This document shows, piece after piece, positions 1 through 8,294 of a stretch of DNA of 32,000 nucleotides. Each line of letters begins with the position of its first letter. Position 1 is the first letter of the stretch. The position numbers and the translations under genes were made by a program. Source of the stretch: Nitrosomonas europaea (lineage in GTDB: Bacteria > Pseudomonadota > Gammaproteobacteria > Burkholderiales > Nitrosomonadaceae); the NCBI RefSeq assembly GCF_900167395.1, contig NZ_FUWK01000001.1, forward strand, positions 164,573 to 196,572. The letters run 5' to 3'. The notes beneath the pieces are model-generated. The model ran no database searches. It worked only from the letters and a program-made list of their open reading frames with translations, and was not told where the DNA came from.

Positions 1-282
1 GATTTCGCATGGCGAGCTGCCTTCGTCAGCGGATTATTGCTCGCCCCGTGGCTATGGCAGTGGCTGGGAGAATTACCGCCGGTTCACATTGAAACCAGCC
101 ATACTGTACTTGCGTTAGCCGGGCTGGCGGTCGGGATAGGAACCCGTTATGGTTCCGGCTGTACCAGCGGCCACGGTGTCTGCGGTCTGTCGCGGCTTTC
201 ACCGCGCTCGATGGTAGCGACAGTTTTGTTCATGATCATGGGGATGATGGTGGTTTACGTCGTTCGCCACTCCCTGAGTTGA
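1..282 (+). CDS. YeeE/YedE-family sulfur-compound transporter protein, 5' end cut by window edge
   Basis: Frame 1 is open from base 1. The translation contains the conserved Cys loop [26 protein letters not shown] of YeeE/YedE (DUF395) proteins and is hydrophobic throughout. Confidence 0.7.
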   Translation, partial: DFAWRAAFVSGLLLAPWLWQWLGELPPVHIETSHTVLALAGLAVGIGTRYGSGCTSGHGVCGLSRLSPRSMVATVLFMIMGMMVVYVVRHSLS

Positions 283-309
283 AAACACATTCACTGAGAA
301 AGGGAAAAC

Positions 310-777
310 ATGCTCATACCGTTCACCGCATTACTTTCCGGCCTGGTGTTTGGTCTGGGCCTGATACTGTCCGGCATGACCGATCCTGCAAAAGTGCTGT
401 CTTTTCTGGATGTCGCCGGGCTATGGGACCCCTCGCTGATGTTTGTCATGCTGGGTGCGATAAGTATCGGGTTTTTTGCCTTCAGAGCAGCAAAACGGCG
501 CGGCCGAACGCTGCTGTCCACACCGGTTCATCTGCCCGGAACCCGCACCGTCGATCTTCGCCTGATCCTGGGCAGTCTGTTGTTCGGTATGGGATGGGGG
601 CTGGTTGGCATCTGTCCTGGTCCAGGGTTGGTTCTGGCAGCATCGGGTCATACTGGAGGTATCGTATTCATGGTCGCCATGCTGCTGGGCATGTTCATTT
701 TCGATCGGCTGGAAAAACACCGTCAGTCAGATTCGAATGTAAACTATCGACAACCGGGAAATATTGAAAGAAAATGA
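310..777 (+). CDS. YeeE/YedE-like (DUF6691-type) membrane protein
   Basis: 155-aa polytopic hydrophobic ORF (MLIPFTALLSGLVFGLGLILSGMTDPAKVLSFLD...), typical partner of the upstream YeeE/YedE gene. 27-nt gap upstream and ATGA overlap with the downstream regulator. Confidence 0.7.
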   Translation: MLIPFTALLSGLVFGLGLILSGMTDPAKVLSFLDVAGLWDPSLMFVMLGAISIGFFAFRAAKRRGRTLLSTPVHLPGTRTVDLRLILGSLLFGMGWGLVGICPGPGLVLAASGHTGGIVFMVAMLLGMFIFDRLEKHRQSDSNVNYRQPGNIERK

Positions 778-1145
778 CGGACCAATATACGCAGCCGGAT
801 TTCTCGGTCATGGTGGAAAAAAAGGCTTCCGCAGCCAAAGCCTGCTCCATGCTGAAGATACTGGCCAATGAAGACCGGCTGCTGATCCTGTGTCAACTGA
901 TACAAGGAAAAAAAAATGTCGGCGAACTGGAACAGACACTTGGCATTCGGCAGCCCACCCTGTCACAGCAGCTCACTGTATTGCGTGATGAAAAACTCGT
1001 TTCTACCGAACGCCAGGGAAAATATATTTATTACAGCCTCGCCAGTCCGGAAGCGGTACAAATCATGAATACGCTGTTCAGTGTGTACTGTCAGAATGAG
1101 CATCATCATTCTCCGGATGACGTCACTCACAACGGCAGACAGTAA
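774..1145 (+). CDS. ArsR/SmtB-family transcriptional regulator, SqrR/BigR-like persulfide sensor
   Basis: Winged-HTH signature LKILANEDRLLILCQL...VGELEQTLGIRQPTLSQQLTVLRDEKLV. Cys40 (LILC) and Cys106 (VYCQ) sit at the positions of the sensing cysteine pair of SqrR (C41/C107) and BigR (C42/C108). Embedded in a sulfur-handling operon. Confidence 0.8.
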   Translation: MTDQYTQPDFSVMVEKKASAAKACSMLKILANEDRLLILCQLIQGKKNVGELEQTLGIRQPTLSQQLTVLRDEKLVSTERQGKYIYYSLASPEAVQIMNTLFSVYCQNEHHHSPDDVTHNGRQ

Positions 1146-1259
1146 ACGGTTCGGCTCCGTCCGGGGTTCGAATCCTGAATATGCTGCCTGCTATCATGCA
1201 GCCAGTATGTTGTTACTGGCAGCCTCAGAAATTTCATCTCTAAACAAGGAGAAAGTACC

Positions 1260-2999
1260 ATGAGCGTAGCTTCTGAAACAAACTGGAAAAAGCTGGATGA
1301 AAAAATAGCGATCTCAGGCCAGATCAGTGTGGACGATGTAGCAGCAATCGCTGCAGCCGGTTACAAATCCATCATTTGTAATCGCCCCGATGGAGAAGGA
1401 GGAGAACATCAGCCCGGCAGCACGGAGCTGGAAGAGGCAGCAAAAGCCGCGGGATTGCAATTTGCTTACTTACCGGTTGAAATCGGCCAGGTTTCAGATG
1501 AAAAATGCTCTGCCTTTCACCAGTTGATGGCAACCCTGCCCGGGCCGGTGCTGGCTTTCTGCAATTCGGGCAATCGCGCTCGCGCGTTGTACAGTCGTGA
1601 CGTGGGTACAACCACCACGCCTGCTGAAACCATTTCTGCAGCTTGTGACTGGGAACATGAGGCAGCAGCTGTCACCGAAGCAGAGAGTGAGGCAGCCGGT
1701 GCCGCCGCAGTGTCGGCTGCGTCTTCCCGCGATGAAGCGGCAGGCAAATCGATCCCTGTTACACCAGCCTGCAACTGGGATAATGCTTTCGACATCGTGG
1801 TGGTGGGAGGCGGCTCAGCCGGCCTGGGGGTCACTGCCAGCCTGCTGCGCCGGCGTTCATCCCTGCGTATCGCCATCATCGAACCGAATGACAAACATTA
1901 CTATCAACCTGCCTGGACACTGGTCGGTGGCGGTGCTTATGCGGTGGATCAAACCGTTCGCAATACGGCCGATGTCATTCCGCACGGCGCTGAGTGGATC
2001 AAGGCGGAAGTATCCGGATTTTCCCCGAATGACAATCTGGTTCATCTGGCCGATGGCCGCACCATCGGCTATCAGCAGCTGATCGTATGTCCCGGTATTC
2101 GTCTCGCCTGGGAAAAAATAGAAGGTATTCAGGAAACGCTCGGCAAGAACGGTGTCACCTCCAACTACCTATTCGATCTGGCACCGTACACCTGGTCACT
2201 GACACAACAGCTCAAAGGTGGCAAGGCGCTGTTTACACAACCCCCCATGCCGATCAAATGTGCCGGGGCACCGCAGAAAGCAATGTACTTGTCTTGTGAT
2301 TACTGGCAGCGCCAGGGTGTTCTGGACAAAATCGAGGTCGAATTCGATTCGGCCGGGGCGGTACTGTTTGGCGTGGCCGATTTCGTTCCGCCGCTGATGG
2401 AATATGTCCGTAAATACCATGCCAATCTGGTATTCAATTCCAATCTGGTCAAGGTCAACGGCCCGGAAAAAATTGCTACCTTCGAAATCAAGAATGAAGC
2501 GGGGGAAGTTACGCGCGTGGATAAACCCTTCGATATGCTGCATGTCACACCACCCCAGGCAGCACCGGATTTCCTGCGTGATAGTCCGTTGGCAGATGCC
2601 AGTGGTTACTGTGAAGTTAACCCAAAAACGTTGCAACATACCCGTTTCGCTAATATTTTCTCTTTGGGTGATGCTTGTTCTTCTCCTAATACGAAAACGG
2701 CAGCGGCCGTCAGAAAACAGATTGTCATTGTCGCTGAGAACCTGCTGGCAGCGAAAGATGGTCGGGAATTCCATGCTGTTTACGATGGATACGGTGCCTG
2801 CCCGCTTACGGTTGAAAATGGCAAAGTGGTGCTGGCCGAATTTGGTTTCGGTGGAAAACTGCTGCCGACATTTCCGCTCAACCCGGCTGTTGCCAGAAAG
2901 CTCTACTGGTGGTTCAAAGTCAAACTTTTCCCGTGGCTGTACTGGGAAGGTATGCTGAAAGGGCGTGAGTGGCTGACGCGCTCCACTGAAACCAAGTAA
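1260..2999 (+). CDS. Fusion protein: N-terminal DUF442 (TIGR01244 phosphatase-like) domain plus C-terminal type-II sulfide:quinone oxidoreductase (SQRDL-like flavoprotein)
   Basis: AAGGAG RBS 8 nt upstream. The N-terminus (SGQISVDDVAAIAAAGYKSIICNRPDGE...PVLAFCNSGNRA) matches DUF442. From ~aa 175 on, DIVVVGGGSAG...IIEPNDKHYYQPAWTLVGGG...PIKCAGAPQKAMYL...MLHVTPPQ...TKTAAAVRKQ...YDGYGACPL runs collinear with eukaryote-like type-II SQR. Confidence 0.88.
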   Translation: MSVASETNWKKLDEKIAISGQISVDDVAAIAAAGYKSIICNRPDGEGGEHQPGSTELEEAAKAAGLQFAYLPVEIGQVSDEKCSAFHQLMATLPGPVLAFCNSGNRARALYSRDVGTTTTPAETISAACDWEHEAAAVTEAESEAAGAAAVSAASSRDEAAGKSIPVTPACNWDNAFDIVVVGGGSAGLGVTASLLRRRSSLRIAIIEPNDKHYYQPAWTLVGGGAYAVDQTVRNTADVIPHGAEWIKAEVSGFSPNDNLVHLADGRTIGYQQLIVCPGIRLAWEKIEGIQETLGKNGVTSNYLFDLAPYTWSLTQQLKGGKALFTQPPMPIKCAGAPQKAMYLSCDYWQRQGVLDKIEVEFDSAGAVLFGVADFVPPLMEYVRKYHANLVFNSNLVKVNGPEKIATFEIKNEAGEVTRVDKPFDMLHVTPPQAAPDFLRDSPLADASGYCEVNPKTLQHTRFANIFSLGDACSSPNTKTAAAVRKQIVIVAENLLAAKDGREFHAVYDGYGACPLTVENGKVVLAEFGFGGKLLPTFPLNPAVARKLYWWFKVKLFPWLYWEGMLKGREWLTRSTETK

Positions 3000-3005
3000 T
3001 TTTTC

Positions 3006-3839
3006 ATGGAAATCCAGTGGCTGGCGATATTGCCCGGTGTTTTTACCGGGCTCGTGCTGGGGCTGACCGGTTCAGGCGGCGCCATCATTGCCGTCCCGCT
3101 ACTGGTTTTCAGCCTGCATACGACCATTGCGGAAGCTGCACCGGTTGCCCTGCTGTCGATCGCTGTATCGGCAGCTGTTGCCACCTGTAACGCCTTCATG
3201 CAGGGAATCGTCCGTTACCGGGCAGCCGCTCTTATCGCGAGTACCGGTATGCTGGTCGCACCGGCCGGGATCTGGATTGCCCGGCAACTGCCAGATTTAC
3301 TGCTGACAGTAGTGTTTTCCGCTGTGCTGGCTTTTGCAGCCGGCTATATGTACCGCCAGGGCAGGCGATCCGCGCAGCCGGCACCGCCGGAAGAAGCTGT
3401 TTACCCGCCCTGTCAGCTCAGTCTGGAAAGTGGCCGTCTGATATGGACCATACCCTGTGCCAAAGGGTTGCTGTTTTCCGGAGTGGCAACCGGTTTTCTG
3501 TCCGGCCTGCTCGGGGTGGGAGGCGGGTTCATTACCATTCCTGCACTCAGGAAGGTATCGAATCTGCCCATGCAATCTCTGACGGCAACTGCACTTGCCA
3601 TCACTACACTGATTTCTATCACCGGGGTCGTTTCGGCCACATCCATGGGCTTCATGAACTGGCCGCTTGCCCTGCCTTTTACTGTGGGAACGGTCATCGG
3701 CACGCTGACGGGCAGACGATATGCCCATCGTTTCGATGAAGCGAAGCTGCAATACGGTTTTGCCATTCTGGCCTGGTGCATCTCGCTTGGTATGATCGTC
3801 AAGGTGGTTTACTCCATCGATTTTTCCGCCCTTTCTTGA
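3006..3839 (+). CDS. TauE/SafE-family sulfite/organosulfonate anion exporter
   Basis: 277-aa multi-pass membrane protein with the duplicated GxxxGLxGxGGG motif (VLGLTGSGGAII and LSGLLGVGGGFITIP) typical of TauE/SafE (DUF81). 6 nt after the SQR gene. Confidence 0.75.
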   Translation: MEIQWLAILPGVFTGLVLGLTGSGGAIIAVPLLVFSLHTTIAEAAPVALLSIAVSAAVATCNAFMQGIVRYRAAALIASTGMLVAPAGIWIARQLPDLLLTVVFSAVLAFAAGYMYRQGRRSAQPAPPEEAVYPPCQLSLESGRLIWTIPCAKGLLFSGVATGFLSGLLGVGGGFITIPALRKVSNLPMQSLTATALAITTLISITGVVSATSMGFMNWPLALPFTVGTVIGTLTGRRYAHRFDEAKLQYGFAILAWCISLGMIVKVVYSIDFSALS

Positions 3840-3928
3840 CAATCCTGCTGCCCGGCAGGGAGAATCCAGCCAACCCTGCTCGACAAAAGCAATTCGCTGA
3901 TTCGTTTAATAACCTTTTCTGCTCGCTT

Positions 3929-4339
3929 ATGACCGAAAAGAGTGCACAGTCTGCAGACGAGAAATTCCGTATCGACAAATGGCTGTTTGCCGCCCGCTTT
4001 TACAAAACGCGTTCACAGGCTGCCGATGCGGTCGAACGCGGGCAGGTACAGGTCAATGGGATGCGAGCCAAGCCTTCCAGGATTCTGAATACGGGTGACC
4101 TGCTTGCTATTCGTATCGGGCCTTATCACTACTTGGTAAAAGTGCTGGCGTTGTCCAACCAGCGCAGATCCGCCACTGAAGCTCGCCTGCTTTATCAGGA
4201 AACGGAAGAAAGCCGGCAGGCGCGTGAGGCCGTGGCAGAAAACCTTAAATCGCAGCCGACCCCGCCGCATTACGCCGGTAAAGGCAGACCCACCAAACGT
4301 GCCCGGCGTGATCTGGAGCGTTTCATGAGCGAGAAATGA
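3929..4339 (+). CDS. hslR: Ribosome-associated heat-shock protein Hsp15 (S4 RNA-binding domain)
   Basis: Internal ATG at 3929 of the 3776..4339 ORF. FRIDKWLFAARFYKTRSQAADAVERGQVQVNGMRAKPS...RRSATEARLLYQETEES...RRDLERF is collinear with E. coli HslR. ATGA overlap with recQ. Confidence 0.88.
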   Translation: MTEKSAQSADEKFRIDKWLFAARFYKTRSQAADAVERGQVQVNGMRAKPSRILNTGDLLAIRIGPYHYLVKVLALSNQRRSATEARLLYQETEESRQAREAVAENLKSQPTPPHYAGKGRPTKRARRDLERFMSEK

Positions 4340-5985
4340 TCTCGCACGCCCAGACACTGCTCAGGGAAATTTTCGGTTACAGCGAATTTCGCGGCCAGCA
4401 GGCCGAAATCATTACTCATGTGGTGAATGGAGATAGCTGCCTGGTACTGATGCCGACCGGCGGTGGCAAATCATTGTGCTACCAGATTCCTGCATTATTG
4501 AGAAAGGGTACGGCTATTGTCATTTCGCCACTGATTGCGCTGATGGAGAATCAGGTGGCCGTACTGTGCCGGCAGGGGGTGCGGGCAGTGTATCTCAATT
4601 CAGCGCTGACACCTGAAGCGGCGGCGGCTGTCGAACGGAGGATGCTGGCGGGAGAGTATGATCTGGTCTACGTTGCACCGGAAAGACTGTTGACCGTTCG
4701 GTTCCGTGCGCTGCTGCAGCGCATCCCCATCGCCCTGTTTGCCATTGATGAAGCGCATTGTGTTTCTCAGTGGGGGCATGATTTCCGGCCGGAATACGGC
4801 AAATTGTCGATTCTGCCGGAGAAATTTCCGCAAATACCGCGCATTGCCCTGACCGCCAGTGCCGATGCCAGAACTCGTGCGGATATCCTGCGTTGTCTCG
4901 ATTTACACCAGGCCCGCTCCTTTATCAGTAGTTTCGATCGCCCCAACCTTTGCTACCGTATTACGGCCCGATCCAATAGCCGGATACAGTTGTTGAACTT
5001 CATCCGCAGCCAACATGCTGGAGAGGCTGGTATCGTTTATTGTCAATCCCGCAGAAAAGTCGAGGAAACAGCTGCCTGGCTCAATAGCAATCACATACCG
5101 GCACTTGCCTACCATGCCGGTATGGAAACCTCCATTCGCACCCGGCACCAGAAAAAATTTTTGCAGGGACATGGTATCGTGATGGTTGCCACTTCCGCAT
5201 TCGGGCTGGGTATCGACAAATCGGACATACGTTTTGTCGCACATCTGGATTTACCTAAAAGTATCGAAAGCTATTATCAGGAAACCGGCCGTGCCGGGCG
5301 TGATGGTCTGCCGGCCAGTGCCTGGATGGTTTACGGGCCCGGCGACATCATCCGGCTGCGGTCCCAGACCGAATCCGGCACAGAACGGTTGCCTGCCCCG
5401 ATCAGACAAGCAGCGGCCGCTCGACTGGATGCGCTGCTGGTGCTGTGTGAAACGACGGTTTGCCGCAGAAAGCCGCTACTCGACTATTTCGGTGAACCAA
5501 CCGGTAGTCTGCCGTGCGGCAATTGTGATGCCTGCCTGGAAACGATACCCGTTCAGGATGTCACGATCGCTGCCCAGAAAGCATTGTCCTGCGTCTACCG
5601 GACGGGCCAGTGCTTTGGCATGGAATATCTGATCGATATCCTGTCCGGAAAACGAACAGATCGTGTCAGGCAATGGGGGCACGATTGCATCAGCACTTTT
5701 GGCATCGGCCATGAATTGAGTACCGAAGGGTGGCGTATCGTTTTCAGGCATCTGCTGGCGCTGGACTATCTTGTCGCCGGTGAGGATCGTGCTGGCGGAG
5801 AACGCATCGCCCTGCAGTTGACATCGGCAGCCAGGAGCGTGTTGCGTGGAGAGACCCGTATAAAACTTCGGCTTTCACATCATCACCATTCAGCGCCATA
5901 CCAGCAGATTTCCACGGGTTTATCCGTACCATCGTCACGCTGCCAGGCTTTTAGCTGCGAACCACAAACAAAGTGTGGCGGGTAA
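4336..5985 (+). CDS. recQ: ATP-dependent DNA helicase RecQ (helicase, Zn-binding and RQC regions; no recognisable HRDC domain)
   Basis: FGYSEFRGQQAEII, PTGGGKSLCYQIPAL (Walker A), DEAHCVSQWGHDFRPEY (DEAH), SFDRPNL, VATSAFGLGIDKSDIRFVAH, YYQETGRAGRDG and the Cys cluster CRRK...CGNCDAC. The C-terminal ~40 aa are non-homologous. Confidence 0.9.
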   Translation: MISHAQTLLREIFGYSEFRGQQAEIITHVVNGDSCLVLMPTGGGKSLCYQIPALLRKGTAIVISPLIALMENQVAVLCRQGVRAVYLNSALTPEAAAAVERRMLAGEYDLVYVAPERLLTVRFRALLQRIPIALFAIDEAHCVSQWGHDFRPEYGKLSILPEKFPQIPRIALTASADARTRADILRCLDLHQARSFISSFDRPNLCYRITARSNSRIQLLNFIRSQHAGEAGIVYCQSRRKVEETAAWLNSNHIPALAYHAGMETSIRTRHQKKFLQGHGIVMVATSAFGLGIDKSDIRFVAHLDLPKSIESYYQETGRAGRDGLPASAWMVYGPGDIIRLRSQTESGTERLPAPIRQAAAARLDALLVLCETTVCRRKPLLDYFGEPTGSLPCGNCDACLETIPVQDVTIAAQKALSCVYRTGQCFGMEYLIDILSGKRTDRVRQWGHDCISTFGIGHELSTEGWRIVFRHLLALDYLVAGEDRAGGERIALQLTSAARSVLRGETRIKLRLSHHHHSAPYQQISTGLSVPSSRCQAFSCEPQTKCGG

Positions 5986-6298
5986 CGATTCAGTGTCCTT
6001 TGTTATATCTGACTGATTTGTTCCACGAGTTATGCAGCAAGTTGAAAGAAATTTTACGGATATTGCCAGGGTGTTGCAATAACGCAACATAATTTGGCTG
6101 TAAGAGCGTAAAAAGCTTGTTTAATGTTGCACAACAGATTCTGCTTGGGCACAATCCATTCAACCCTTCTGACCGAAAGGCAGGAAGCACGCAACACTTT
6201 CAGTCAGGTTGGAACAGAAGTAGTGAAAAATGTGGGAAGCACGGTATTACGATCTATCTTTATTGACCCAGGTTGTTTTTCTTTAAGGAGAGTTTCAA

Positions 6299-7513
6299 AT
6301 GAATAAAAGACTGATGGCACTGGCAGTGGCCGGCGCATTGGCAGCTCCGCTGGCAGCTTCAGCGGAAGGTACGCATGTCACCATTTTCGGTCGCTTGCAG
6401 GCTGAATACGCAACTGTCGATATGGACGGGTTCAATGCACAAACCGCTGTAGCGGATGATGCACTGCAATCCCGCTGGGGTCTGCAGATTGCTGAAGATC
6501 TGGGTGCAGGATTACGTGCCATTGGCCGTATCGAGTACTCACTCAACCCAGGCGGTGGTGAGGATAAACACCTTGCCCGTGAACAATGGGTTGGTCTGGG
6601 TGGCGATCAATGGGGTGAACTGAAATTTGGTCGCGTTCAATCTGTACTCAAAGATTTTGCCGGCGGTCATACTATTGATCCATTTGCCTACACCAGTTTG
6701 CACGCAAATGGTAGTGGCGGCTTGATGGCCTCATCCGATAATGGTTATGGTTCAGGTGATCACGGTTTCGTCAACAGTGCGGTGCGTTTTGATTCACCGG
6801 TAGTGGAAGGTTTCTCGGTTGCCGGTTTGCTGATGCCGGGAGATGCGGATAAAAATGATCCAACACGCGATCCATCGTATGCTGGTGGTGAGAATGGTGA
6901 ATGGGATTTCCAGGTTGCTGCCAAGTACAGCGGACAGTTTGATGCGGTTGGCGTAGATGTGTTTGGTGCTTACTCCAGAGATAACGTCAGTAAACTGCAA
7001 AAATCGCTGGGCGCATCCAAGGATGAGCAAATCTGGCGTGGTGGTGCGATTTTCAGTGTAGGAGATTTTCGTCTGCGTGGCCAGTATGAGCGTGTGTACG
7101 ATGCCAATCCATTTGGTGGCGCGGCAAGTTGTACCCATGCATCTGCTTTCGGGGATTATAACCCGCTCAGTCCTACTCAAAGTGCTGATGGTGGCCGTGG
7201 CCAGTGTAACTCCGCTATGAATCCGAACGGTAATGGTAGTCTGTGGATAGCGGGTGCTGACTACACCATTGGCAATACCACGCTGATTGCCCAAGGTGGT
7301 ATGGCGGTAGCGAAAAAGACGGGTGATATTTTGACATTGGATCCATACTATGCAAAACGTAATGTCGAGAACATCACTGTCGGTGTGATTCATAATCTGA
7401 GCCGTCGTTCCAGCCTGTTTGGTGGTTACCAGCGTGTTTGGGTGAAAGACAGAAATATCGCAACAGATACTGATCGCAACGTCTATTCGGTAGGTGTACG
7501 TCACGATTTCTAA
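6299..7513 (+). CDS. Gram-negative general porin (outer-membrane beta-barrel)
   Basis: AAGGAG RBS. Signal peptide MNKRLMALAVAGALAAPLAASAEG. Alternating beta-strand pattern, Gly/Asp-rich loops and a C-terminal ...YSVGVRHDF ending in Phe. Followed by a strong terminator. Confidence 0.85.
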   Translation: MNKRLMALAVAGALAAPLAASAEGTHVTIFGRLQAEYATVDMDGFNAQTAVADDALQSRWGLQIAEDLGAGLRAIGRIEYSLNPGGGEDKHLAREQWVGLGGDQWGELKFGRVQSVLKDFAGGHTIDPFAYTSLHANGSGGLMASSDNGYGSGDHGFVNSAVRFDSPVVEGFSVAGLLMPGDADKNDPTRDPSYAGGENGEWDFQVAAKYSGQFDAVGVDVFGAYSRDNVSKLQKSLGASKDEQIWRGGAIFSVGDFRLRGQYERVYDANPFGGAASCTHASAFGDYNPLSPTQSADGGRGQCNSAMNPNGNGSLWIAGADYTIGNTTLIAQGGMAVAKKTGDILTLDPYYAKRNVENITVGVIHNLSRRSSLFGGYQRVWVKDRNIATDTDRNVYSVGVRHDF

Positions 7514-7543
7514 TCGGTAACGATCAGATAATCGAACGGTTGT

Positions 7544-7574
7544 AAAAAGGGGCAGAGTAATCTGCCCCTTTTTT
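7544..7574. terminator. Bidirectional rho-independent terminator shared by the porin gene (+) and rnpB (-)
   Basis: aaaaa-GGGGCAGA-gtaa-TCTGCCCC-tttttt: perfect 8-bp GC-rich stem with an A-run on one side and a T-run on the other. Confidence 0.8.
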
Positions 7575-7607
7575 GTATCTGCTTGAACCTGTTGTTGAGA
7601 TTGTTCA

Positions 7608-7896
7608 TGGGGAAGCCGGCCGATAAGCCGGGTTCTGTCGTGGACAGTCATTCCTCTAGGCATACAGTTACCCGTGTGCTCGAGCGATCTACCCGCAGAC
7701 TCAGCGAGCAGCGTCATCATCTGCCTATTTGATCTTGCTCCGGATGGAGGTTACCGCGTTTCACCGTAACTTAATACGCTCGTCTCTGTGGCCCTGTTCC
7801 TCACCTCACGGCGGCCGGCCGTTAACCGGCATCCTGCTCTGTGGAGCCCGGACTTTCCTCTCCCTGTCACCAGGCAGCGACTGTCTGACCGGCTTC
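7608..7896 (-). ncRNA. rnpB: RNase P RNA (bacterial type A), compact ~289 nt
   Basis: The reverse complement reads GAAGCCGGTCAGACAGTCGC...GGGAGAGGAAAGTCCGGGCTCCACAG...CCGGAGCAAG.TCAAATAGG...GAATGACTGTCCACGACAGAACCCGGCTTATCGGCCGGCTTC, near-identical in the universally conserved blocks to E. coli M1 RNA. The 5' and 3' ends pair as P1. Confidence 0.9.
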
Positions 7897-8294
7897 GCTG
7901 GTGATTCTAACAGAGTTTGCAGACAGACTGCAGCATCGAGCTCATCGTGAAGGAGCCAATCATTCACTGTCTCACTCGCCTTGCATTCCGTTTGCAAAAC
8001 ACAATGTGCGACTATGTGGTATTTGATCAGAAGTTCTCTAAATTTCCAGCAGAAAAACCTTGACCCGTTTTTTTAAATCAGTTATAAAAAATTTCACTTC
8101 ATAACGTGGAGTGAAAAGAAAAAATTTAGTCAACTACCGGTCTGACTACTCAGACAGTTCATTAGTTTATTAGTTCACGGGTAGCCATTTTACGGTCAGT
8201 TATATTGTTAATCGTTTTTCTGGTCAGGGGGAGTGACGTTGTCTGACCTGGAAAAACAATAATTTCAATTTTATATTGAGAAAGGTACTCATCG

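Noticed and set aside
1150-1185. GGTTCGAATCC, a tRNA T-loop-like string between the ArsR gene and the SQR fusion
   Set aside because: The flanking bases do not form a T-stem (GGGG vs CCTG), and no acceptor or anticodon arms can be drawn. Chance match.
6794-7720. 308-aa ORF antisense to the porin gene, running into rnpB
   Set aside because: It overlaps the well-supported porin CDS, the terminator and the RNase P RNA, and has no recognisable motifs.
7729-7997. 73-aa and 63-aa ORFs
   Set aside because: The parts up to ~7896 lie inside the RNase P RNA gene and the remainder runs into its upstream region. Their conservation there is explained by the RNA.
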